Source: an uncultured Candidatus Bathyarchaeia archaeon (GTDB lineage Archaea > Thermoproteota > Bathyarchaeia > Bathyarchaeales > Bathycorpusculaceae). Taken from it: 17,203 bases of DNA. Below the pieces are notes generated by a model. That model ran no database searches, was not told where the DNA came from, and worked only from the letters and a program-made list of their open reading frames with translations. Of this stretch, positions 8,527-15,926 are shown piece after piece (position 1 is the first letter of the stretch; each line of letters opens with the position of its first letter). The stretch covers positions 1 to 17,203 of the forward strand of contig CAYVGZ010000028.1 of assembly GCA_964450845.1 (NCBI GenBank), read 5' to 3'. Position numbers and translations under genes: made by a program.

Positions 8527-9948
8527 ATGCAAGGAACATTGGGTTTCTCTGAAAAAGAAGAAATTGTTAGGTTCATCTCAGAAAAAGGCGTCAAAATCCT
8601 TAATTTGTGTCACATTCCAGAAGATGGAAGGTTAAAAACCCTAAGCTTTTCAGCAATGGATAGGAACAGAGTTTATGAGATTTTGGAGTTTGGTGAAAGA
8701 GTGGATGGCTCAAACCTATTCCCATTCATCGAGCCAGATAAAAGCGACATTTACATAATGCCCAAAATTGATAGAGCCTTCACTAACCCTTTTTCAACAA
8801 TTCCTACACTCAACATTTTATGTGATTATTTGGATGAGCATGGAAAACCGCTTGATGTTGCACCGAAAACTGTTTTGGTGAGGGCAGAAGAAAAATTACG
8901 CTCTTCAACCGGAGTTGTTCTAAAAGCTTTAGCTGAACTCGAGTTTTACGTGATTTCTAAACAAGAAAATGAGACACTTTTTCTTGGAGCACCAGACAAG
9001 AATTATCATGAATCTGCTCCTTTCACAAAATTTGAGAATTTAAGGAATGAAGTTTTGGCTATGCTGGCTGACGTTGGCGTTGCTACCAAGTATGGACACA
9101 GCGAGGTTGGCCGAGTTTTTAGTAAAGGCGGTATATTCATGGAACAGCAGGAAATAGAGTTTTTGCCACAGAATTTAGCGGAAATGGCTGAAACAATCGC
9201 AATTGCAAAGTGGGTCATCCGAAACATTTGCGTGAAACATGTTGTGTCCGTGTCCTTTTCCCCTAAAATATCTCTTGACCATGCGGGAACTGGGATGCAC
9301 ATTCACTTGTGCGCATTGAAAAATGAAGAAAATATAGTTGCAAATCCAAATGGAACCTTAAGTGCCGAAGCCCTGAAAATAATTGGTGGAATATTGAAGT
9401 TTGCACCAAGTCTCACAGCCTTTGGAAACACAACACCCGTATCCTATCTACGTTTTATCTCACGAAAAGAGTCTCCAATGCACATTTGTTGGAGTGCTAG
9501 AAACCGTTTAGCTCTGATACGGATACCATTATGGTGGAGTTTCGTAAAGAAGGGCGAAGAAGAGGACAGCATTAGGGAAACTTTTGAGTACAGGGCTCCA
9601 GACCCGTTGGCGAATGCTTACTTGCTTTTTGCAGGAATAGCTTTAGCTGTAAATTATGGTTTAGAGAACTCGGAAGAGGCTTTGAAAATGGCTGAAGACT
9701 TGCACGTTGAAGGAACTGGCGGTGGAAGGAAAAGGCTTAGAATTTTGCCGCGGTCTTGCAGCGAATCGGCGAAAAACCTTAGGAAGCATAGAGGATTTTA
9801 TGAGGCGAACGACGTTTTTCCAAAAAAATTAATCGATAATACTATAGATAAATTGAGAGCGTATAGGGATAAGGATTTGTGGAAGAATTTGGCTGATAAG
9901 CCAGAAAAAGTCGAAAGCGTGCTAAAGCAGTATTTGCATTATGGCTAG
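8527..9948 (+). CDS. glnA: Glutamine synthetase family protein (GSI-like, divergent)
   Basis: DGSN, AELEFY, HSEVG, EQQEIEF, GTGMHIH, NRLALIRIP, EYRAPDP..NAYL; ATG 8527 preferred to GTG 8515. Confidence 0.9.
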   Translation: MQGTLGFSEKEEIVRFISEKGVKILNLCHIPEDGRLKTLSFSAMDRNRVYEILEFGERVDGSNLFPFIEPDKSDIYIMPKIDRAFTNPFSTIPTLNILCDYLDEHGKPLDVAPKTVLVRAEEKLRSSTGVVLKALAELEFYVISKQENETLFLGAPDKNYHESAPFTKFENLRNEVLAMLADVGVATKYGHSEVGRVFSKGGIFMEQQEIEFLPQNLAEMAETIAIAKWVIRNICVKHVVSVSFSPKISLDHAGTGMHIHLCALKNEENIVANPNGTLSAEALKIIGGILKFAPSLTAFGNTTPVSYLRFISRKESPMHICWSARNRLALIRIPLWWSFVKKGEEEDSIRETFEYRAPDPLANAYLLFAGIALAVNYGLENSEEALKMAEDLHVEGTGGGRKRLRILPRSCSESAKNLRKHRGFYEANDVFPKKLIDNTIDKLRAYRDKDLWKNLADKPEKVESVLKQYLHYG

Positions 9949-9957
9949 TTAAATGCT

Positions 9958-10002
9958 CTTTTGCTCTCTGCTTGACTAGACCCCCCTTATATATAGGTTC
10001 AA
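9958..10002 (+). repeat. Dispersed bipartite motif, copy B
   Basis: CTTTTGCTCTCTGCTTGACTAGACCCCCCTTATATATAGGTTCAA; first 14 nt identical to copy A and same 16-nt spacing. Confidence 0.85.
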
Positions 10003-10159
10003 TTGCTGTTTTGACTGGAAGAAGAAAGTTCTTTTTGATTGGTCAAAATTGTGTTCTGGTTTTGCAAGAGGTTCTCAGAAACTTTAAGTAAAGGCAAAGT
10101 TTAGAATAGCCTTAACATCCAAAAACAGTTGGAAATATTATTGAGGCGTGGCTTTGCAT

Positions 10160-10237
10160 GGGCGGGTAGATCAGTTTGGTATGATCGCCACGTTGGCATC
10201 GTGGAGGCCGCGGGTTCAAATCCCGCCCCGTCCACCA
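10160..10237 (+). tRNA. tRNA-Ala(GGC), CCA encoded, no intron
   Basis: Acceptor GGGCGGG/CCCGTCC with G3:U70, D stem GATC/GATC, anticodon stem CCACG/CGTGG with GGC at 10195-10197, T arm GCGGG-TTCAAAT-CCCGC. Confidence 0.97.
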
Positions 10238-10406
10238 GACACAGCGTTGGCATCCTAGTTTGTTTCATTCCGCTTGTATGTTGTGTTTCCTGAATTTTGT
10301 TCGCTATTCTTTTGATGTTCTGTTTTTTGATATATGTCTGGGGTCGAAGGAAGTGCTTTATTGAGATTTACGATATAGAATTGTAGTGGCACAGGGTGTT
10401 GGGAAT

Positions 10407-10643
10407 ATGAAGAAAGGGAAAAAGGTAGATTTGCGCGACGTTCAACTCGTTGAGAGCATAAAGCTTGCGTGGAAGGCTAGAAGGCAGGTTCAACAGGAAA
10501 TCTTGCAGAAGAAGCTGGTGCAATGTTTCTTGAAGCCACGCAAAGGACGCAAGTGTATTCAGCGATACCCTGAAGCCATGCAACCGATGATTAAGGATTT
10601 CATGCGAAAAGCCGAGGAGCAAACGAGACTTTACCGCCTATAG
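10407..10643 (+). CDS. Small basic hypothetical protein
   Basis: ORF with GGGTG SD-like element before ATG 10407; Lys/Arg-rich; no family recognised. Confidence 0.5.
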   Translation: MKKGKKVDLRDVQLVESIKLAWKARRQVQQEILQKKLVQCFLKPRKGRKCIQRYPEAMQPMIKDFMRKAEEQTRLYRL

Positions 10644-10690
10644 CATTACGCTTCTCTCATCATTCCTATATGTCTGCACGCTTTCTCTTA

Positions 10691-10736
10691 TGCTCTCTGC
10701 AAAAATTTATAGCCCTCTATATATAGATTGAACTTT
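10691..10736 (+). repeat. Dispersed bipartite motif, copy C
   Basis: TGCTCTCTGCAAAAATTTATAGCCCTCTATATATAGATTGAACTTT. Confidence 0.9.
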
Positions 10737-10782
10737 TAGTATACTCCGTTATGGAGGCTTGCAAGTTCAAGAACTTAGGCTT

Positions 10783-10998
10783 TTATGGTTTGGGTTTTTT
10801 CGCTGTTTTAGGGTTTGTCGTGGTTAGAATTACTAATCCATCTTCACTTTGCTCATAGTTTTCGACTTGTTTAAAAAGCCATTCCGTTAACTTTTGACAT
10901 TCATTTGGGTTGCAATACAGATGGCTGTCTTTTTTCCATTCCCAAAACAAGCATTTAAAACATGGAATCTCTGCTAAAACGTCAACATTAGTTTTCAT
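10783..10998 (-). CDS. Small 4-Cys metal-binding protein, possibly a TFEbeta/RPC34 C-terminal Fe-S-domain homologue
   Basis: IPCFKC-x12-CNPNECQKLTEWL. Confidence 0.6.
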   Translation of the reverse strand: MKTNVDVLAEIPCFKCLFWEWKKDSHLYCNPNECQKLTEWLFKQVENYEQSEDGLVILTTTNPKTAKKPKP

Positions 10999-11235
10999 GC
11001 TGCACCGTGAAAGTGAAGGCTCGAAGGTTTAACTTATACATTATGAATCGGCAAGCATGACAAAACCTAATGATTACGATTTCTGATTCACAGTTTTCTT
11101 GTAATGACGATTTAAAATGGAAAAATTAAAATGCAAGTTTCATTGAAATTACCTGTCGGACGGCTGTAAAGATGATTCCACAGTAATAACGTTCATTGCT
11201 TTGAACAACTAAACAGCCTAAATTCTGAATCCGAG

Positions 11236-12468
11236 ATGTTTTTAATGTTGAAACATTTGAGAGAAGAGTTTAGTTTCGTTCATGGAAACGTTTTGATACT
11301 CATAACCATGTGGACAATTACAGATTTTGCCAACTTTCTTCCAAACACCTATTATTCGCTTTACGTTGAAGCTTTAGGAGCTTCAGCATTCCTACTAGGC
11401 GCCATATTGTCTGCTGCCAGTCTCGCCATGGCTTTCCTTCTTTTGGCAGGGGGCTATTGGGCTGACAGGTACGGAAGAAAACTGATAATCGTAACCGTGA
11501 GTTTCCTAAGAGGCTTGACCTTTTTGATTTTTGCGACAGCACCAACATGGCACTTCATTCTCTTAGGCGAAGTATTGCTAGGCATATCTTCAATATCCGA
11601 GCCTGCTGTAGGAGCCCTTTTTGCAGATTCATTGCCACCTGAAAAACGTGGCTTAGGCTATTCTTTCTCTCTAGTAGTTGGCGCCACTTCAATACTTTCG
11701 CCTCTAATCGCAGGGTTGCTTTACATAAGCTTCAGTTTAGTCCAAGCAATGCGAATAACCTACTTAATAGTCTCTGCATGCTGGTTCACTGCTGGAACGA
11801 TATCTCTCAGACTAACAGAAACCATAAAACCTGAAACTGTCAAAATTTCGATAACGCAAGCGGTAAAACAATATCCAAGAGCCATCAAGGAATGCGTAAA
11901 CGTTTTAAAACTTCTTCCTAAATCTCTTCTTAACCTTATTCTCGTTTTTACACCAATCATGTTTTTCATAAGAATGTGCACGCCATATTACGTGTTATAC
12001 GCAAACCATGTTTTGCAAATAGAGGAATTCCAATGGGCACTACTGCAAACTTGGTCTTCCATAGTTTTCTACATTTTACTGCTTCCAATAGGTAAATTCG
12101 TAGACGTTTTTGGAAGAAAAAAGCCACTCTTGCTATCCTCAATATTTTTTGCCTTAGGGCTTTCACTATTTTTATACGGGAATTTGCTTCGGCTTTATGT
12201 TTTCTTTGCCCTATCTGCAATAGGCAACGCAATGGTTTTCACAGCATATCCCTCATTACAAGCCGACTTAACACCGAAAGAAATCAGAGGAAAAGTGATA
12301 GGCTTCACAAGCTTTCTAGACTGCATTTTAGCTTCCGGAGCATTACTCTTAGGAGGCGTCCTCTACGAGAAAGTCGCACCCGCAACTCCTTTTCTTTTAC
12401 AATTAATCGCCATGACCATTACAGCTATAGCAACGTTCTTCTTCATCAAAGAAACCGAAACCAAATAA
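11236..12468 (+). CDS. MFS transporter
   Basis: About 12 hydrophobic segments; motif A GYWADRYGRK and its repeat GKFVDVFGRK. Confidence 0.93.
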   Translation: MFLMLKHLREEFSFVHGNVLILITMWTITDFANFLPNTYYSLYVEALGASAFLLGAILSAASLAMAFLLLAGGYWADRYGRKLIIVTVSFLRGLTFLIFATAPTWHFILLGEVLLGISSISEPAVGALFADSLPPEKRGLGYSFSLVVGATSILSPLIAGLLYISFSLVQAMRITYLIVSACWFTAGTISLRLTETIKPETVKISITQAVKQYPRAIKECVNVLKLLPKSLLNLILVFTPIMFFIRMCTPYYVLYANHVLQIEEFQWALLQTWSSIVFYILLLPIGKFVDVFGRKKPLLLSSIFFALGLSLFLYGNLLRLYVFFALSAIGNAMVFTAYPSLQADLTPKEIRGKVIGFTSFLDCILASGALLLGGVLYEKVAPATPFLLQLIAMTITAIATFFFIKETETK

Positions 12469-12612
12469 AAATAATCAAAAGAAAATTGCATTTTTCTCCT
12501 ATGCGAATATTCACTTTACAAGTAATCGCCCCAAAAGTTTTCACTTTTGTCAATAAACGTTATCTATAAAAGGCAAGCTTACTATTCTAAAACATAACAA
12601 AGTCGGGAAAAC

Positions 12613-12948
12613 ATGACACAAGAATCAGACAATAACGAATCAGCTCCACCAGAAAAGCTTCTAATTGATAACCTATCTGACTTTCGGTTTCACGCTGCCT
12701 ATCTCACCTACTCCGACATCTACGACAAAACAGCCAACCCCGAAACCAAGAAACAACTAAACCAGAACATTACGGCGCTCCAACAAAATCAAATAGACTA
12801 CCCAACCTTTTACAGAAACATAGATCAATACCGAACAGGAGAGGGTTCCCAGTACAGCCACGGCAGAAGTCTTATAAAAACACAGAAAAAACGAGAATGG
12901 CGCATAAAAACGCAAAAACGAGAAAGAAACAAACGACACAGAAAATAA
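12613..12948 (+). CDS. Hypothetical protein with a very basic C-terminal tail
   Basis: 111-aa ORF; TCTATAAAA box near 12563-12571; tail IKTQKKREWRIKTQKRERNKRHRK. Confidence 0.75.
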   Translation: MTQESDNNESAPPEKLLIDNLSDFRFHAAYLTYSDIYDKTANPETKKQLNQNITALQQNQIDYPTFYRNIDQYRTGEGSQYSHGRSLIKTQKKREWRIKTQKRERNKRHRK

Positions 12949-12972
12949 CAACTATATTTATTTGCAGACACA

Positions 12973-13605
12973 CTAGGCTTTTAGCCTTACACAATAACCC
13001 GTGCTTTTTCCAATCCTTAACTGCCGTTCACCTCTAAACATGGACACGCGTGCATTCTCAATTTGAACAGTGTCTCCTACAGAGATGGAACTTATTTGCT
13101 CATTCCATAGACAAAGTTTGATTGTTCCAGTTTCGTCCTCTATCAAAGCGTTGGCTACGCTGGCATAGTTTCCAAACCTCGTAAAGACAAGCGTTGGTCT
13201 TGCAACTTCTAGAATTTTAGCCTTCAAATTAACTTCTTTCATTCCAGTTCGTAAGTCTCTAATGTGAAGGAAATGCGGCTCCTTGTTTCCCTTATTTAGA
13301 TGTCTGCGGACCATGTTAGGGTTTATAAGATCCTTAATTGGATTGCCTTGTCCCAAGAGAAATTCTTTGGGTATTGGAAATTGTGCAACAACTTTTTGAC
13401 CCTTCGTTATTAAAAGAACAGTCTTGTCATTTAATTTACTGCGACATTTGATCAAAAGGTTTCCGCACATGGATTTTTGGTTTTCCCCTGCTGAGATTAA
13501 AGCATGAAAAAGTTTGTCGGGGTCAACTTCATATTTTATAGAAAGAAAGGCGAGATACTCGCCAATTGATACTTTGCTTCGCAAGGTTTTCCTACTCTTT
13601 TGCAA
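12973..13605 (-). CDS. Unknown N-terminal domain fused to an SSB/RPA-type OB fold
   Basis: C-terminal half IRDLRTGMKEVNLKAKILEV...EDETGTIKLCLWNEQ...GDTVQIENARVSMFRGERQLRIG matches the crenarchaeal SSB OB pattern; TTG start overlaps the end of alba by 14 nt. Confidence 0.85.
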   Translation of the reverse strand: MQKSRKTLRSKVSIGEYLAFLSIKYEVDPDKLFHALISAGENQKSMCGNLLIKCRSKLNDKTVLLITKGQKVVAQFPIPKEFLLGQGNPIKDLINPNMVRRHLNKGNKEPHFLHIRDLRTGMKEVNLKAKILEVARPTLVFTRFGNYASVANALIEDETGTIKLCLWNEQISSISVGDTVQIENARVSMFRGERQLRIGKSTGYCVRLKA

Positions 13606-13879
13606 GCGTTATTTCCATTGTCGAAACCATCCGTGCTCTGTTTTCGCCTTCCCTTGGTGGCATCTCTTCTGTCCCTATGGATATTTTGCTTATCTTTAGG
13701 TCCTTTAGGAAGCGATTTCTGGCTATTTCAGCCACGTCAACTGCTGTTGTTATTGCTCGTCCTCGGGCTTTCAGCGTTATTTCTTTAGCATCAGATGCCG
13801 ATAGACTTGTAATGATCGCTAGAACGTAGCTCATTGCAGGTTTATTTCCAACGAAAACAATTCCAGATCTTTCCGCCAT
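13592..13879 (-). CDS. albA: DNA/RNA-binding protein Alba
   Basis: VFVGNKPAMSYVLA, LKARGRAITTAVDVAE, VSTMEITL; SD GGAGTGA. Confidence 0.96.
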   Translation of the reverse strand: MAERSGIVFVGNKPAMSYVLAIITSLSASDAKEITLKARGRAITTAVDVAEIARNRFLKDLKISKISIGTEEMPPREGENRARMVSTMEITLAKE

Positions 13880-13906
13880 TTTCCATCACTCCTTTTATTG
13901 TTGATT

Positions 13907-13970
13907 GTAGCGCATAGCATCGTAGCGTTTCTGTGCTTTTTTCGTTCTTCAACGACAGAACGCTACTGCC
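13907..13970 (-). promoter_or_regulatory. Structured 5' leader of alba
   Basis: 12-bp stem 13922-13934/13955-13966 with one bulge, inner hairpin CGTT-GAAG-AACG; TTTATAAG box at 13991-13998. Confidence 0.6.
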
Positions 13971-14018
13971 CATCATAATACGCAAACTTCCTTATAAATG
14001 CGACTAAAAACAGCGCAT

Positions 14019-15137
14019 CTATTCCAACTCTTCTATTGTAGTTTTCGTCAAGGCTTTAATATTGTCGAATTCTGTTAGCTCTCCGTAGCCCACAAGCGAT
14101 ATGGCTGTTCCTTCCAGCCCCATTCTAGCAGTTCGCCCGATTCTATGAAAATACACTAGCGCATCTAATGGAATATCATAGTTTATTATATGAGTTATTC
14201 CTTGAATGTCCAGGCCTCTCGCAGCAACATCCGTTGCAACAAGCAACTTCAATTTTCCCCTTCTGAAAGAGTTGACAACGAAGTCTCTTTGCGGTTGAGT
14301 GAAGCCAGCATGCAACGGTTTTGCGTCATATCCACGGGCTCTTAGCTTATCTGCCAGCATGCTAGTGTCTGTACGTGTTCTGCAGAATATTATGGCTCGA
14401 CCTATATGGTTTTCATCCAAGACGTTGCATAGAATTTGAAACTTGTTTGCAGGGTTCACAACCATATAATACTGGTTTATCTGTGTGAGGGCTATTTCAT
14501 CTTTGCTCACGAGTATTTTTTCAGGTTTGTTCATGTATCTATTGCATACATTCATTACTGATTGGTCTATTGTTGCCGAGAATAGGCTTGTTTGCCTGTT
14601 TTTTGGCACTTTTGAAAGTATGTATTCTATATCATCTATGAATCCCATATCGAGCATTCTATCAGCCTCGTCGAGGACAACAATTTTCACTGATGCTAGG
14701 TTTAGTGTTCTTCGTTCCAGATGATCTATTATGCGACCTGGCGTGCCCACAACAATTTGGACGCCGCCTTTCAGCGCGCTTATTTGTTTTTGGATAGGTT
14801 CTCCGCCATAAACTGGCAAGACATTGAATGCTGCAAATTTGCCAAATCGGCTTATATGGTCTGCAGCCTGTATGGCAAGCTCACGCGTTGGTTCTAAGAC
14901 TAAGCCTTGAACAGTGTTAATTCTTGGGTTTAGGCGTTCAATCATTGGAATTCCGAAAGCCGCCGTCTTGCCTGTTCCAGTTTGTGCTTGTCCAATAACA
15001 TCTTTGCCCTCAAGTAATGGAGTCATTGCTTGCGCCTGAATTGGAAAAAGATCACTAAATCCAAGCTCTTCAATGCCTTTCATAACTTCTGGACTTAACG
15101 GCAAATCTTTAAAGTATTGCATTTGCATATATTTCAT
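14019..15137 (-). CDS. deaD: DEAD-box RNA helicase, core only
   Basis: Q motif GF..LFPIQ, AQTGTGKT, PTRELA, GTPGRI, DEAD, SAT, TDVAARGLD, HRIGRTAR; start is one of ATG 15137, 15128 or 15122 after SD AGGAG. Confidence 0.96.
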   Translation of the reverse strand: MKYMQMQYFKDLPLSPEVMKGIEELGFSDLFPIQAQAMTPLLEGKDVIGQAQTGTGKTAAFGIPMIERLNPRINTVQGLVLEPTRELAIQAADHISRFGKFAAFNVLPVYGGEPIQKQISALKGGVQIVVGTPGRIIDHLERRTLNLASVKIVVLDEADRMLDMGFIDDIEYILSKVPKNRQTSLFSATIDQSVMNVCNRYMNKPEKILVSKDEIALTQINQYYMVVNPANKFQILCNVLDENHIGRAIIFCRTRTDTSMLADKLRARGYDAKPLHAGFTQPQRDFVVNSFRRGKLKLLVATDVAARGLDIQGITHIINYDIPLDALVYFHRIGRTARMGLEGTAISLVGYGELTEFDNIKALTKTTIEELE

Positions 15138-15238
15138 TTCTCCTGTCACAAAAATTTTGCATGCAATTTTCAAAAGCCTTCAAAAGCTTCTTTAATGTAA
15201 GCATGAATTAATGTGACCAACTCCATTAAGCAGTAACC

Positions 15239-15250
15239 CTTATATAAAAA
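15239..15250 (-). promoter_or_regulatory. TATA box of the DEAD-box helicase gene
   Basis: TTTTTATATAAG on the minus strand about 100 nt upstream of the start. Confidence 0.55.
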
Positions 15251-15279
15251 GGTTTAGCGCATTTTTTCAAGAATTGAGG

Positions 15280-15432
15280 AACAAGAATTTCAAATTAGTA
15301 ATCTTTTTCCATTATTTTCATAACTTTACCGAAAATTTCGTAGACTGTCTCCAAGTGTTCCTCTTCTGTGCTAATCAATGCAACATCATAATGAAAATTG
15401 GGGATTACAAATATTCACTTCCCTAAATCCAT
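15280..15432 (-). pseudogene. Decayed N-terminus of a GH38 (alpha-mannosidase-like) gene
   Basis: Single frame MDLGK*IFVIPNFHYDVALISTEEEHLETVYEIFGKVMKIMEKDY*FEI resembles the GH38 start (PHxHxD.aW..T.E.Y...il.kv...le.d.dykF.ie). Confidence 0.5.
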
Positions 15433-15689
15433 AAAATTAGACCCGTGGATGAAATTTAAGAACTTTGCTACCTAACACTCATCAACATTTAACCTTACCC
15501 ACTAAATATTTATCTCCCAATGCTTGGATTTAAGATAGTACATGCCATGCTTTGAACTTGCGCAAGCTGAACTGGCGCGAATGGCACACAAAACTGAGTG
15601 CATAAATACGAAGGTTAGCGAAGTATAAAGTTGTGAGTCGAGATCGTTTTGCGAGCAAATGCTTTTTCTTTCTAGCCTGAATATTATCT

Positions 15690-15926
15690 ATGTTTAAGGT
15701 GATGTTTAGATTGGTTAAGTGGGAGTATAAGGTGGTCCTGATAAAGACGCAAATTCATTCAGATCATTTCCAAGCCGACAGAAAGCCAGTCATAGAGGAT
15801 ATTCAAAATGACCTGAATGCCCTAGGCAATGAAGGATGGGAGCTTGCCGGCGTCCAAGACATTAGGCTGCCAGACGGCAGAATGTTCACTGTCGCCTACC
15901 TCAAGAGACAAAAGAGGGCCAGCTAG
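15690..15926 (+). CDS. DUF4177-like small protein
   Basis: WEYKVV ... LNALGNEGWEL ... AYLKR pattern. Confidence 0.8.
   Translation: MFKVMFRLVKWEYKVVLIKTQIHSDHFQADRKPVIEDIQNDLNALGNEGWELAGVQDIRLPDGRMFTVAYLKRQKRAS

Noticed and set aside
4307-10002. Composite transposon bounded by motif copies A and B
   Set aside because: No transposase, no target-site duplication, and the enclosed genes include housekeeping cysS; kept only as a minor alternative for the motif.
10160-10998. Element integrated at tRNA-Ala
   Set aside because: No duplicated tRNA 3' end (att site) and no integrase in the window.
11058-11112. C/D-box sRNA-like words (ATGATTA, CTGA, ATGACGA)
   Set aside because: Boxes are imperfect and the spacing (6-nt guide, 17-nt D'-C' gap) does not fit archaeal C/D guides.
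12973-13020. Frameshift at the OB-fold C-terminus
   Set aside because: The end is slightly unusual but the fold appears complete; no evidence without homologue alignment.
636-14724. Shadow ORFs in the track (e.g. 636-830, 895-1098, 1923-2192, 2729-2956, 5202-5561, 7584-7853, 7857-8234, 9006-9302, 10368-10622, 13566-13829, 14485-14724)
   Set aside because: They overlap well-supported genes and lack motifs or start signals; skewed wobble usage helps keep alternative frames open.
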